32,000 bases of DNA from Desulfotalea psychrophila LSv54 (GCF_000025945.1 NC_006138.1:3150001-3182000); one strand, 5' to 3'; shown: positions 18,462 to 28,060, counted from the stretch's first letter. Made by a program: numbers and translations. Notes: a model not told the origin generated them from the letters alone.

Positions 18462-19240
18462 TCATTGGAGACGTTTTTCGCCTCACCGGTGACAATAAGA
18501 GAAAAGGTATTACCTTGTCTGTTAACAGACTGCCCTATGTTGTAAATATAATTGGGTTTAAAGGTTATAATGGTTTCGAACTGTTCCGAACTGTATTGGA
18601 GAGGGCTGTAAATACTTTCAATATACTTACTTCCATCCAATAGGGTCACAGCCCGTATATCATCCCCCGGGGAAACGGCTGTAAATTGGCAAAACACACG
18701 TAACTTCCCATTTTTTTCTGCCCCCACAACGGGCATAACGAACTTATCAAGACAAAAGACAATCTCTTCTGATTGGGAAGATTTTAAATGTGTTATGCCA
18801 AGAAGGACAAGACCTACAGGAGAGGGCTGAACTGAATATTTTTCCTGACGAAGTACCTTCTTCATCCCCCTGCCAATTCTTTTCAGGCGAGGTGAATAGA
18901 CGGATATTCCCCGACCATTAGGCGTATTTTCTGTTATGGTAGGAGCTGGCGTCTGGCTTTTCTTACGTGGCAAACGAGTTACCCTGATAAGAGGATATTC
19001 TATTTTCCTCTCTTTAGCAGGACTAGCCTGTTCACTCTCGTCTTGAACCTGACAAGTACTGTTCTTATTTAAACTTCCAAGAGAAAGATCAACAGGGATA
19101 CGTATCTTTCTGGCCTTGGGTGTCGCGTGAATCACGGTCACAGCTTCGGCAGGGGAGGGGTTAAAAGCAAATATTGGCGATAAGATTGACAATACCAGCA
19201 AAAAACAAAATCTCCCTAAAACAAGGTCTTTCTTTTTCAT
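18422..19240 (-). CDS. Hypothetical secreted protein (signal peptide, basic/Pro-rich linker, beta-rich C-terminal domain, possibly AMIN-like)
   Basis: 272-aa ORF with ATG start and signal peptide MKKKDLVLGRFCFLLVLSILSPIFA. I recognise no enzyme motif. No clear SD. The 3' end overlaps the convergent gene by 40 nt. Confidence 0.55.
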   Translation of the reverse strand: MKKKDLVLGRFCFLLVLSILSPIFAFNPSPAEAVTVIHATPKARKIRIPVDLSLGSLNKNSTCQVQDESEQASPAKERKIEYPLIRVTRLPRKKSQTPAPTITENTPNGRGISVYSPRLKRIGRGMKKVLRQEKYSVQPSPVGLVLLGITHLKSSQSEEIVFCLDKFVMPVVGAEKNGKLRVFCQFTAVSPGDDIRAVTLLDGSKYIESIYSPLQYSSEQFETIITFKPNYIYNIGQSVNRQGNTFSLIVTGEAKNVSNDQELWRKPGGGTI

Positions 19241-19438
19241 AACAAGCCATTAAGATAAAAAAGCAACAACCAAACATTTCCTTGCCTTTCTCCTGACTTG
19301 AAAAGTCAAACAATTTTCAGTAAAGGAAGAGAGCATAATAGTTATATTCAATATATCACCTAGGTGCATAAAGTTATTATGGGATGTGTCCCATATTGCC
19401 TAGTCTCACAATAGAACCTTTATAATAAAAAATAAATC

Positions 19439-21982
19439 ATGACAGATTGTAGCCTCTTCCCTTTTATAAGTAAACCAGGCAGGTACCTCGGACAAGAATT
19501 TAACTCTACTCAAAAAAACTGGCAAGACACCTCTGTACGCAATGCTCTTATTTTCCCAGATCTTTATGAAATAGGTATGTCCCACCAGGGACTACAGATT
19601 CTTTACCATATTCTCAATGCATCGGACAACTTTCTCGCCGAACGATCTTATTGTCCGGGGAGAGACGTTGAAAAACTGCTCAAGGAGAAGAATCTGCCCC
19701 TTACCAGTCTTGAGTCAGGCACCCCCCTCAAAGACTTTGATATCATTGGTATTACCCTCCCCTACGAGTTATGCTACACCAATATCCTGACCATCTTGGA
19801 CCTTGCTAACATCCCCTTCAGGGCAAAGGATCGTGACTCTAGCTCTCCCCTGCTCATTGCCGGCGGAGCAGGAGCCTTTAACCCGGAACCCGTTGCTGAA
19901 ATATTTGACGCAATTGTTGTTGGTGATGGCGAAGATGTTATCCTTCTCATCTCTGAACTGGTGCAACAGTCAAAAAAAGAAGATTGGCCCAAAGAGACTC
20001 TCCTAACAAAACTTGCCGAGCTTGATGGCATCTACGTCCCCAGCCATTTTACCCCCATCTACGATGATGCGGGCATCCTGACCAAAATAGAGGCAACAGG
20101 ACCCAAGGAAACAGTCCTTAAGTGTTTTGTTAAAGACTTTGAAGAAATTTCTCACCTGCTCAAACCCATTGTACCCAATGCCAAGATTGTCCACGACCGT
20201 CTTGGAATTGAAGTTGCACGGGGCTGCACCAGAGGATGTCGATTTTGTCAGGCCGGTATTACCTACCGTCCCGTACGGGAGCGTAGTCCTGAGCAGATAA
20301 AAAAACTTGCCAAAGAAGCCATCCAGGATTCCGGTTTTGATGAACTGGCCCTCCTCTCCCTGTCAACAGGTGATTACTCCTGCCTTGATGGGCTGCTACC
20401 TGACCTAATGAATGAATTTTCTGAAAAATTTGTTTCAGTGGCCATGCCCTCCATGCGAGTGGGAACCCTGTCACAAAACATCATGGATCAGATAAAAAGG
20501 GTGCGTAAAACAGGCTTTACCATGGCCCCGGAAGCCGGTAGCGAACGTCTACGCCGAGTTATAAATAAAGGCATTACCGAAGAGGCCCTGCTCGACACCT
20601 GCAAGGAGGCATTTACCCTTGGCTGGACCCTAATGAAGCTCTACTTTATGATCGGACTACCCACCGAAACAGATGAGGATATTGAGGCGATAGGAGAACT
20701 CACCAATAAGGTTCGACAGTTCCGCGATGCTGGTGGCAATTCACGCAAGAGTCAGGTTAATGTCAGCGTTGGCACCTTTGTTCCCAAGCCACATACGCCT
20801 TTTCAGTGGGCTGCCCAGCTCACCATCGAAGAGAGTAAGAGAAAAATCCAAATTCTCAAAGAGGTCCTCCCCAAAAAGGGCTGTAAGTTTAAATGGCACA
20901 CCCCGGAACAGAGCTTTTTGGAAGGTGTTTTCTCAAGGGGTGACCGAAAATCACTGAACCTCCTTATTAAGGCCTGGGAAATGGGCGCTCGCCTTGATGG
21001 TTGGTCCGAGCATTTCAACCTCTATCTCTGGCGCGAAGCTGCCAAGGCTGTCGAGATTGACATGGATCAGTATCTCCGAGAGCGTGATCTAAGTGAGGTG
21101 CTCCCTTGGCAGCACATCCAAACCGGGGTTACCACAGATTTTTTCAAGGACGAACTGGAAAGGGCAGTAGCAGAAACCTATACTCCAGATTGTCGTTATA
21201 ACAAATGCCAGAAATGCGGTGTCTGTGATTTCAAAACCGTGGCCCCAATTGTCTTCAACAAAAAAAGATTCTTAGAAGAGCCTGAGCGACGACCAGTTCC
21301 TGAAAAAAGGGTCGTGGACAACAAGGATCACCATTTCAAATATATCGTTCACTATTCTCGTAAGGGAAATATCTGCTTTCTTGGTCATCTGGAAATCTTA
21401 CTGGTTGTATTTCGGGCCCTGCGCAGGGCAAATATTGAGACCAACTTCTCCCAAGGGTTCAACCCAAGTCCCAAGGTCTCCTTTGGACCAGCGCTTGCCG
21501 TAGGCACGGAGAGTCTGGCAGAATATTTCATCCTCGACCTCCCCACTCCATTTGAAAATTTAGCCGAGGCGACAGACAGATTAAGCGACAATTTACCTCC
21601 TGGCATTGATGTTACCGGGGTTGAGATTCATAATGGCAAGATTCCACAAGAGATAATCACCAGCTATCAGGTGACATTTCCTAAAGCCCTCGGCCTGGAA
21701 GAACAGGAGAAACTGCAAGCTTTTGCTGATGCAGAGGTATTTGAGTGGTCAAGGCTTCGTAAGGGCAAGAGAAAGACCATCAATGCCCGACCGCTCATCG
21801 AGAGCATAAAGATGACTGGCGACAACACCATTGCCCTGGATCTGATCAACTGTGCAAGCGTCCCCGGCATAAAGCCCATTGAGGCCCTGGCCCTTATCTT
21901 TGCCCTCAATGCAGAGGAGAGTCTCCGCCTCAAGCTCCTTAAAACGGGCTGGCACCCCATAAAATCTCAGAACAGATATTAA
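19439..21982 (+). CDS. Radical SAM protein (B12-binding-like N-domain plus radical SAM core) fused to a DUF2344-type C-terminal domain
   Basis: 847 aa. CxxxCxxC cluster in ARGCTRGCRFCQAG. The C-terminal ~230 aa (YSRKGNICFLGHLEILLVVFRALRRANI...GFNPSPKVSFGPALAVGTES) resembles the DUF2344 family that is usually adjacent to or fused with this radical SAM family. Confidence 0.85.
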   Translation: MTDCSLFPFISKPGRYLGQEFNSTQKNWQDTSVRNALIFPDLYEIGMSHQGLQILYHILNASDNFLAERSYCPGRDVEKLLKEKNLPLTSLESGTPLKDFDIIGITLPYELCYTNILTILDLANIPFRAKDRDSSSPLLIAGGAGAFNPEPVAEIFDAIVVGDGEDVILLISELVQQSKKEDWPKETLLTKLAELDGIYVPSHFTPIYDDAGILTKIEATGPKETVLKCFVKDFEEISHLLKPIVPNAKIVHDRLGIEVARGCTRGCRFCQAGITYRPVRERSPEQIKKLAKEAIQDSGFDELALLSLSTGDYSCLDGLLPDLMNEFSEKFVSVAMPSMRVGTLSQNIMDQIKRVRKTGFTMAPEAGSERLRRVINKGITEEALLDTCKEAFTLGWTLMKLYFMIGLPTETDEDIEAIGELTNKVRQFRDAGGNSRKSQVNVSVGTFVPKPHTPFQWAAQLTIEESKRKIQILKEVLPKKGCKFKWHTPEQSFLEGVFSRGDRKSLNLLIKAWEMGARLDGWSEHFNLYLWREAAKAVEIDMDQYLRERDLSEVLPWQHIQTGVTTDFFKDELERAVAETYTPDCRYNKCQKCGVCDFKTVAPIVFNKKRFLEEPERRPVPEKRVVDNKDHHFKYIVHYSRKGNICFLGHLEILLVVFRALRRANIETNFSQGFNPSPKVSFGPALAVGTESLAEYFILDLPTPFENLAEATDRLSDNLPPGIDVTGVEIHNGKIPQEIITSYQVTFPKALGLEEQEKLQAFADAEVFEWSRLRKGKRKTINARPLIESIKMTGDNTIALDLINCASVPGIKPIEALALIFALNAEESLRLKLLKTGWHPIKSQNRY

Positions 21983-22004
21983 ATGCCAAGCTACGAGCTA
22001 TGCC

Positions 22005-23246
22005 ATGATTAAATGCTGTCTCAAAAAAACACCCATAACGAGGAGGCTACTTCTCGTCCTCCTCGCATGGGTGTTTTTGCCAACAGGATGGGTCAGTAGC
22101 AGTAGCCTTCAGGAGGATATCGACCATGGAGGCTACTGGTTTACAACTACCAGTAAGCCACTCAGACTCAAGGAAACGACAGGTTTTATTCCCGCCTCCA
22201 CCACCAAGCTGGTCACGGCTCTGGCAGGACTGCGTATCCTCGGGAGCGACTATCGTTTCAGCACCGATTTTTTATATGACGGAAAGGGGGCGCTCACCAT
22301 TATAGGCGGTGGCGATCCCCTCCTGATTTCAGAAGAGATCGACAAAATTTGCCGGGCCTTAAAACTCCGAGGCGTAAGCAGGGTGCACACCCTCCGTCTT
22401 GAGACCTCACTCTTCCACCTTCCCCAGCCCGCACTCGGCACAGAGCAGACAGAACAACCCTACGACGCCCACAATGGAGCCCTCGTTGTCAACTTCAACA
22501 GTATTAATGTGAGGGTGGATGAAACTGGCATTGTCTTATCCGCCGAAGAGCAAACACCACAGTTAGCGCTGATGAAAGATATAGTGGGATTGGAAGCGGG
22601 CAAGCACCGCATCAATGTCAACCAGATGGTAGCAGATGACCTGCCACCGGTTCTGCGCTACAGTGGGGAACTCTTCCTCGCCCTCCTGAAAAGAAACGGC
22701 ATCAATACAGAAGATGCACGGATAGCGAGAGGGAAAGCAGTAGAGAAAAGCCAGCTCGTACTCCACTGGCAGTCAAGCTGCAACCTCCAAGAGACAATTG
22801 GTAAATGCTTGAAATATTCTAATAATTTCATTGCCAACCAGATTTTTTTACAGATTGGTCTGCACCAATATGGAGCACCGGCCACCTGGGAAAAGGGCAG
22901 GAGAGCCCTGAACACCTTTATCCAAAATGATCTGCGTATAGAGAAGAGCCAGTTGCAACTCGTTGAAGGCTCCGGCCTCTCACGTGACAATCATATAAGC
23001 CCCAGGGCAATGATCACGGTTCTTGAAAATTTCGCTCCATATCACAGCTTACTCCCCTATAATAGCCAGACACGGACATTCATCAAGACGGGTACCCTCC
23101 GGGGTGTTTACTGCCTTGCTGGATTTCAACCCAGGGGAGAAAAGCTCTATCCATTTGTTATATTTCTCAATCAGATAAAAAATTCACGAATGTCCGTATT
23201 GGAAGACCTTATCCATCTTTCCCGACAAAAAAAAGAGGGGGCATAG
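22005..23246 (+). CDS. D-alanyl-D-alanine carboxypeptidase/endopeptidase, PBP4 (peptidase S13) family
   Basis: 413 aa. Signal sequence, SxxK (ASTTK), SxN (YSNN) and KTG (KTGTL) motifs in the correct order. Confidence 0.8.
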   Translation: MIKCCLKKTPITRRLLLVLLAWVFLPTGWVSSSSLQEDIDHGGYWFTTTSKPLRLKETTGFIPASTTKLVTALAGLRILGSDYRFSTDFLYDGKGALTIIGGGDPLLISEEIDKICRALKLRGVSRVHTLRLETSLFHLPQPALGTEQTEQPYDAHNGALVVNFNSINVRVDETGIVLSAEEQTPQLALMKDIVGLEAGKHRINVNQMVADDLPPVLRYSGELFLALLKRNGINTEDARIARGKAVEKSQLVLHWQSSCNLQETIGKCLKYSNNFIANQIFLQIGLHQYGAPATWEKGRRALNTFIQNDLRIEKSQLQLVEGSGLSRDNHISPRAMITVLENFAPYHSLLPYNSQTRTFIKTGTLRGVYCLAGFQPRGEKLYPFVIFLNQIKNSRMSVLEDLIHLSRQKKEGA

Positions 23247-23250
23247 GCCA

Positions 23251-24468
23251 ATGCGCATACTTCACATCCTTAGCCAATATCCTGATTTTACCGGCAGTGG
23301 CATCTATCTTCAGGAGATGCTCCGCCAGAGCAGGAAAAGGGGATATCAAAACTTTCTCATCGCAGGAAGTGGTCCACAGGCAATTTCCCCAGACTGGCTC
23401 GGGGCACTTACCGCGGGGCACAGCTTTGTCTCCTTTGAAAAAAAACAGCTCAACTTCTCCCTACCCGGAATGAGCGACATTATGCCCTACCCCAGCAGTC
23501 AGTTCAAGGCCCTGCAACCTGAACAGATCCGGGCATACCAACAGGTTTTTACTGAGACTATCCAGCAGGCCATAGCTGCCTTTCAGCCAGATATAATCCA
23601 TAGCCATCATCTCTGGTTGGTCAGCTCTCTTATCAAACAACTGGCAGGGGAAATTCCCGTAATCACCAGTTGCCATGGATCTGACCTACGCCAGTATCAG
23701 TCCTGCCCTCATTTTCAAGAGAGGGTAGTCAAGGGTTGCAGGAAAATTGACCATATCCTCGCCCTCAGTGAGCAACAGCAAAACGAGATCTGTAGATTCT
23801 ATGGCATTGAAAAAGAGAGAATAACGGTTGTGGGCGCAGGGGTAAATACCCAACTCTTTAAGGCCGAGAGCAGACAGGCACAGACGACACCTGTCAAACT
23901 TCTCTATGCAGGAAAGTTAAGCTACGCCAAGGGAGTACCATATTTACTCAGGGCTCTGCGCGAACTCGTGGAGCTACCCTTTCACATCACCATCGTTGGC
24001 AGTGGCACAGGAGAAGAGGCAAGGCATTGCCGAGATCTCAGTGAAGCCCTTGGAGCGAAGGCCACCTTGCGGGGTTCAATAAGCCAACAAAAACTCGCCC
24101 AAGAGATGAAGGCAGCCGATATCTTCATCCTGCCCTCCCTCTACGAAGGAATGCCCCTGGTAGTGCTCGAAGCACTCTCCTCTAACTGCAGGGTCCTGAG
24201 CACCAAACTTCCCGGAGTATGCGAAATTTTCTGCAAAACAAAATCTCCCAACCTCTATACGATCCCTCTGCCAGAGCTTTCTGCCATTGACCAGATAAAG
24301 GAAAGCCAGAAAGATATTTTTACCGACAACCTCCGGCAATCGCTGCAACAGCTCATCGGTAACAGCACATCTCCCCTCCAATCTTCTATAAATGATATCG
24401 AATACTTCTCATGGGACAATGTCTTCTCGCGCATAGAAGGTATCTACCAAAAAGTTTTCCAGGGCTAG
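23251..24468 (+). CDS. Glycosyltransferase, GT4 (GT-B fold) family
   Basis: 405 aa. N-terminal MRILHI..., C-terminal EGMPLVVLEALSSNCRVLST (E-x7-E type motif). Confidence 0.8.
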   Translation: MRILHILSQYPDFTGSGIYLQEMLRQSRKRGYQNFLIAGSGPQAISPDWLGALTAGHSFVSFEKKQLNFSLPGMSDIMPYPSSQFKALQPEQIRAYQQVFTETIQQAIAAFQPDIIHSHHLWLVSSLIKQLAGEIPVITSCHGSDLRQYQSCPHFQERVVKGCRKIDHILALSEQQQNEICRFYGIEKERITVVGAGVNTQLFKAESRQAQTTPVKLLYAGKLSYAKGVPYLLRALRELVELPFHITIVGSGTGEEARHCRDLSEALGAKATLRGSISQQKLAQEMKAADIFILPSLYEGMPLVVLEALSSNCRVLSTKLPGVCEIFCKTKSPNLYTIPLPELSAIDQIKESQKDIFTDNLRQSLQQLIGNSTSPLQSSINDIEYFSWDNVFSRIEGIYQKVFQG

Positions 24469-24581
24469 AAGAAAAAAAATACCTCTTGATTTCCAAAAAC
24501 GTTTCTGACCATTATTTAATGTAGCGCTCGGGCAAAAACGTCCTTTTTCCCGAAAAAAGCTTCAAGCAAGGGGTAAGAATT

Positions 24582-25271
24582 ATGTTCCCAAAAAAGTTCA
24601 GCCAGCTTCTCTTAGCCATCATAACTCTCCTTATGATAAGTCCTAGCGGGGCCTGGGCAAAAAGCGACCAGTACCAAGAGGCTCAAACACTTGTCACCCA
24701 GTGCTCCCTTGTCCTTAAAGATTTCTGTAGCAATGATGACTATCAATGGCTGCGCAATAACCTTAAAAATGCCAAGGCTGTCATGGTCGTTCCCCAACGC
24801 CTTCGAGGAGGCTTCATCCTTGGTGGTTCGGGTGGTACCGGCACACTTATCAGCCAAAACTCAGACGGTAGCTGGACTGGCCCTGCCTTTTATACAATGG
24901 GAGGTGTTTCTCTGGGACTACAGGCTGGAGCTGAAGCCTCACAGGTTGTCATGCTGGTCATGAGCAAAAAAGGCATGGACTCTCTGCTTACTACCTCCTT
25001 TAAGCTCGGTGCCGATATAAGTGTTGCAGCAGGCCCCGTAGGAGCCGGTGCCAAGGCCTCAACGGCTGACATAATCGCTTACTCCAAATCCAAGGGTGTC
25101 TTTGGTGGACTCAGCCTTGACGGCTCGGTTATAGCTGTCCGCGACGCCCTCGACAAAGCATATTACAAGAAAGCCGTTTCTCCCAGTGACATTCTCATCG
25201 CAAAATCTGTCAATAACCCTGCGAGCATATCCTATAGAGAAACAGTACAAAAACTTGCCAATAGTAAATAA
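24582..25271 (+). CDS. SYLF (Ysc84-like, DUF500) lipid-binding domain protein, secreted
   Basis: 229 aa. Signal peptide. Family-like GGFILGGSGGTGTLI and GLQAGAE...VAAGPVGAGA segments. Confidence 0.72.
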   Translation: MFPKKFSQLLLAIITLLMISPSGAWAKSDQYQEAQTLVTQCSLVLKDFCSNDDYQWLRNNLKNAKAVMVVPQRLRGGFILGGSGGTGTLISQNSDGSWTGPAFYTMGGVSLGLQAGAEASQVVMLVMSKKGMDSLLTTSFKLGADISVAAGPVGAGAKASTADIIAYSKSKGVFGGLSLDGSVIAVRDALDKAYYKKAVSPSDILIAKSVNNPASISYRETVQKLANSK

Positions 25272-25290
25272 AGAGACCTAAATAGAGAGA

Positions 25291-25326
25291 GGCCCACAGA
25301 CTCTAGCCTGTGGGCCCCTCTTTTTT
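25291..25326. terminator. Bidirectional intrinsic terminator between the SYLF gene and waaA
   Basis: GGCCCACAG (25291-25299) / CTGTGGGCC (25308-25316) with an 8-nt loop. The stem is extendable by AGAG/CTCT. It is followed by TTTTTT on the plus strand and lies just 3' of the convergent waaA stop. Confidence 0.7.
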
Positions 25327-26614
25327 AGGAGAAGATCAATCTTCCTATCTCAGCACATACCTGCCCTGTGCCTCCCTTTTTATCGGCAAAGAACTCCTCT
25401 ATCTGCTCCCGAAAGCGTTCCCTGCAACACTCCCTCTCCAACTCTTCACAAAGAACAGCTACAAGTTCGCTACTGTCCGCCACCTCCCGCACCAGACCAT
25501 GCTCAATAACCCCACGCCCGACCCAGGCAAAATCCTGCCAATGAGGGCCTATGATGGGCCGAACACCGTGGGCAAGAGGTTCAAGGAAATTTTGTCCACC
25601 GAGAGGAGCCAAAGAGCCACCAACAAAGGCAACATGGGCATAGGCATAGGCTGAGGCAAGCTCACCAAAAAGATCCCAGAGAACAACAGATACCTCCGGG
25701 TGAAGGTCTGCCACATCTAAATCACTACGTTGAGTAAATTCAATTCCATTTTGCCGAAGCAGAGAGGCAAGAGAGGCTACCCGTTCAATATGTTTAGGGA
25801 ATATGCCCACCACAACATCGGGTCTTTCATCAAGAAACCGTTTCAGAGCAAGGACAATTTCCTCTTCCTCTTGACGCCTGATAGAGCCTAGAACAACAAA
25901 TTTCTTCTTCTCCAAAAACGCAAACTTCTTCGCTGCCGGTTCAAGCAGAGTATCCAGCCTATCAAACTTCATATTGTGCATGGCCTGAACTCGATCAATA
26001 CCAAATACATCGGCAAACCTGCGCTGATCATCCCCGGCAATGGCAAATATTTTTTTCGGCCCGTAATCTCGAAAAAACGGACGTAAATGTCTATAGGATC
26101 GATAACTACCAGCAGACATCCTGCCATTGACAATAAGAACAGGGACAGAGGCCTGCCGGGCGCAATAGAGGAGGCCCGGCCAAAGCTCTGTCTCTATAAT
26201 AGCAATCACCTTGGGCCTGTATATTTTTAGGGCAGATCGCATTATAAAGGGAGCATCGAGGGGGAAATATACCACCTGAACCTCAATATCACTGACCGCT
26301 TCAATCTCTTTTTTTCCCTGCAGGAGGATCCCAACCCCCTGACTGGTTCCCGCGCTCAGGAGTATTCGACATCCTCTCACTGGCCCCATATCCCTTTGCA
26401 GCTGCCTTAAAACCATGAGACTAAGTAACGACTCACCACCAGATGCTGCCTGTAGCCACAGGTCAAAGGGCCCCGCATGGACCTCGTGCAAGGTCCTCTG
26501 CTGCCAACCGTTGGAAAGCCGGGGAAAACAGCGCAAAACAGGCAAGGCAATTCGCCAAAGCAGACTATAAAATGCCAGAAATATTTTCAGCAAAAGATTT
26601 TTATATAGATACAT
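25325..26614 (-). CDS. waaA: 3-deoxy-D-manno-octulosonic acid (Kdo) transferase
   Basis: N-terminal membrane anchor, WLQAASGGES motif and C-terminal GGSLAPLGGQNFLEPLA motif typical of WaaA/KdtA. ATG 26614 (MYLYKNLL...) is preferred over the tracked TTG 26650. The start is uncertain. Confidence 0.85.
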   Translation of the reverse strand: MYLYKNLLLKIFLAFYSLLWRIALPVLRCFPRLSNGWQQRTLHEVHAGPFDLWLQAASGGESLLSLMVLRQLQRDMGPVRGCRILLSAGTSQGVGILLQGKKEIEAVSDIEVQVVYFPLDAPFIMRSALKIYRPKVIAIIETELWPGLLYCARQASVPVLIVNGRMSAGSYRSYRHLRPFFRDYGPKKIFAIAGDDQRRFADVFGIDRVQAMHNMKFDRLDTLLEPAAKKFAFLEKKKFVVLGSIRRQEEEEIVLALKRFLDERPDVVVGIFPKHIERVASLASLLRQNGIEFTQRSDLDVADLHPEVSVVLWDLFGELASAYAYAHVAFVGGSLAPLGGQNFLEPLAHGVRPIIGPHWQDFAWVGRGVIEHGLVREVADSSELVAVLCEELERECCRERFREQIEEFFADKKGGTGQVCAEIGRLIFS

Positions 26615-26761
26615 AGGTCCTTTGAGTTCAAGGTTGAAACTCTCAAGCAAAAAATTGCAAAGCTAGCCTCTTAGCCAATCCTTGTCAATTATATTTGCAA
26701 CAACGAGTTTTTCTTCTCAATATTTTGCAGCATTAAGGGAGATAAAAAGCACATTTCTCAA

Positions 26762-26790
26762 TTGACGAATATACCCCCCTCCTGTAAATA
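26762..26790 (+). promoter_or_regulatory. Candidate sigma70-type promoter for the MFS transporter gene
   Basis: TTGACG (26762-26767), 17-nt spacer, TAAATA (26785-26790), 77 nt upstream of ATG 26867. Based on sequence pattern only. Confidence 0.4.
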
Positions 26791-26794
26791 AGGC

Positions 26795-26809
26795 AGTCAA
26801 ACTTTGACT
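26795..26809. promoter_or_regulatory. Perfect palindrome (possible operator) just downstream of the candidate -10
   Basis: AGTCAAA-C-TTTGACT, with 7-bp perfect arms, located where a repressor would block transcription initiation. Confidence 0.3.
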
Positions 26810-26866
26810 TACACTTAAAAAGCCTGCTCTGTCAGGTATAAATTTGTTCTGGATGGCACCAAAATT

Positions 26867-28060
26867 ATGCGCACATCAAGCTGGACCTTACCAATAATTG
26901 TTTTATCACAATTTGCCGGAGGATCACTCTGGTTTTCAGGAAATGCCATTGTAAGCGACCTCGTTCAAGAGTGGGGGATAAGCCCGCATGCAACTAGCTA
27001 TATTACCTCATCCGTTCAACTTGGATTTATCCTGGGCACCCTCTTTTTTGCCTACTTTACCATCGCTGACAGATACCCTCCTAAAAAAATATTTTTTACC
27101 TGCTCCCTCCTTGGCGCCCTATTCAACAGCCTTATTGTCATTCTGCCAAATAGTCTTCTCAGCCTCATCATCCTTCGCTTTGCCACAGGCTTCTTCCTTG
27201 CCGGTATCTACCCTGTCGGAATGAAAATTGCAGCGGGCATCTATAAGGAGGGCCTTGGCAGGGCCCTGGGTTTTTTGGTAGGAGCACTGGCCATCGGCAC
27301 AGCATTTCCCCACCTACTAAAAACAACAGACTTTCACGTTGCCTGGCAGCTCGTACTACTCGCCACCTCCACCCTCTCCATCATTGGTGGTCTGGCCATG
27401 CTCTTATTTGTCCCCAATGAGGTAGGCGCCCCCCAGGGAATCCCCTTTGCCCGAGGTGCCTTTTCTACCCTTATCAAGGCAAAGGCCATGAGGGCCGCAG
27501 CCCTTGGCTATTTTGGTCATATGTGGGAGCTCTACACCCTGTGGGCATTTATTCCTCTTTTTTTGAGTGCCTTTAACACCCTCCATCCGCAGGCTGACAT
27601 AAATATTCCCCTATGGACATTTATTGTCATCGCCTCTGGATTTATAGGTGGCTCTGTGGGCGGCCTGCTTTCACAAAAAAGAGGCAGTGGCCCCGTTGCC
27701 TGCTATCAGCTTACCGTCTCCGGCACCTGCTGCCTGCTCTCACCACTATTTTTCGCACTGCCTCTACCAGCCTTTCTCTTTATCATGTGGATCTGGGGCA
27801 TCTGCGCCGCTGGTGATTCGCCGCAATATTCAACGCTTATTGCCCAAAACGCACCCAAAAACCTGGTAGGTTCCGCCCTCACCCTCGTCAATAGTATTGG
27901 CTTTTTCCTCACCATAGTCTCTATCCAGTTTGTGGACTGGATGTCGCAGTTCATGATAACAGAACACCTTTTTTTGCTCCTCCTGCCAGGGCCACTGATC
28001 GGCCTCTACTGCATGAGAAGGTTTCTGCCTATAATGCACCGCAAACAACGGGCACAGTAA
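26867..28060 (+). CDS. Major facilitator superfamily transporter
   Basis: 397 aa. About 12 hydrophobic segments with a central loop. Typical MFS loop motif context (FATGFFLAGIYP). Substrate unknown. Confidence 0.8.
   Translation: MRTSSWTLPIIVLSQFAGGSLWFSGNAIVSDLVQEWGISPHATSYITSSVQLGFILGTLFFAYFTIADRYPPKKIFFTCSLLGALFNSLIVILPNSLLSLIILRFATGFFLAGIYPVGMKIAAGIYKEGLGRALGFLVGALAIGTAFPHLLKTTDFHVAWQLVLLATSTLSIIGGLAMLLFVPNEVGAPQGIPFARGAFSTLIKAKAMRAAALGYFGHMWELYTLWAFIPLFLSAFNTLHPQADINIPLWTFIVIASGFIGGSVGGLLSQKRGSGPVACYQLTVSGTCCLLSPLFFALPLPAFLFIMWIWGICAAGDSPQYSTLIAQNAPKNLVGSALTLVNSIGFFLTIVSIQFVDWMSQFMITEHLFLLLLPGPLIGLYCMRRFLPIMHRKQRAQ

Noticed and set aside
26854-26870. Sigma54-like TGGCAC element upstream of the MFS gene
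   Set aside because: The GG-to-GC spacing is 12 nt instead of the required 10. The would-be -12 element overlaps the ATG start codon itself, which leaves no room for a transcript leader.
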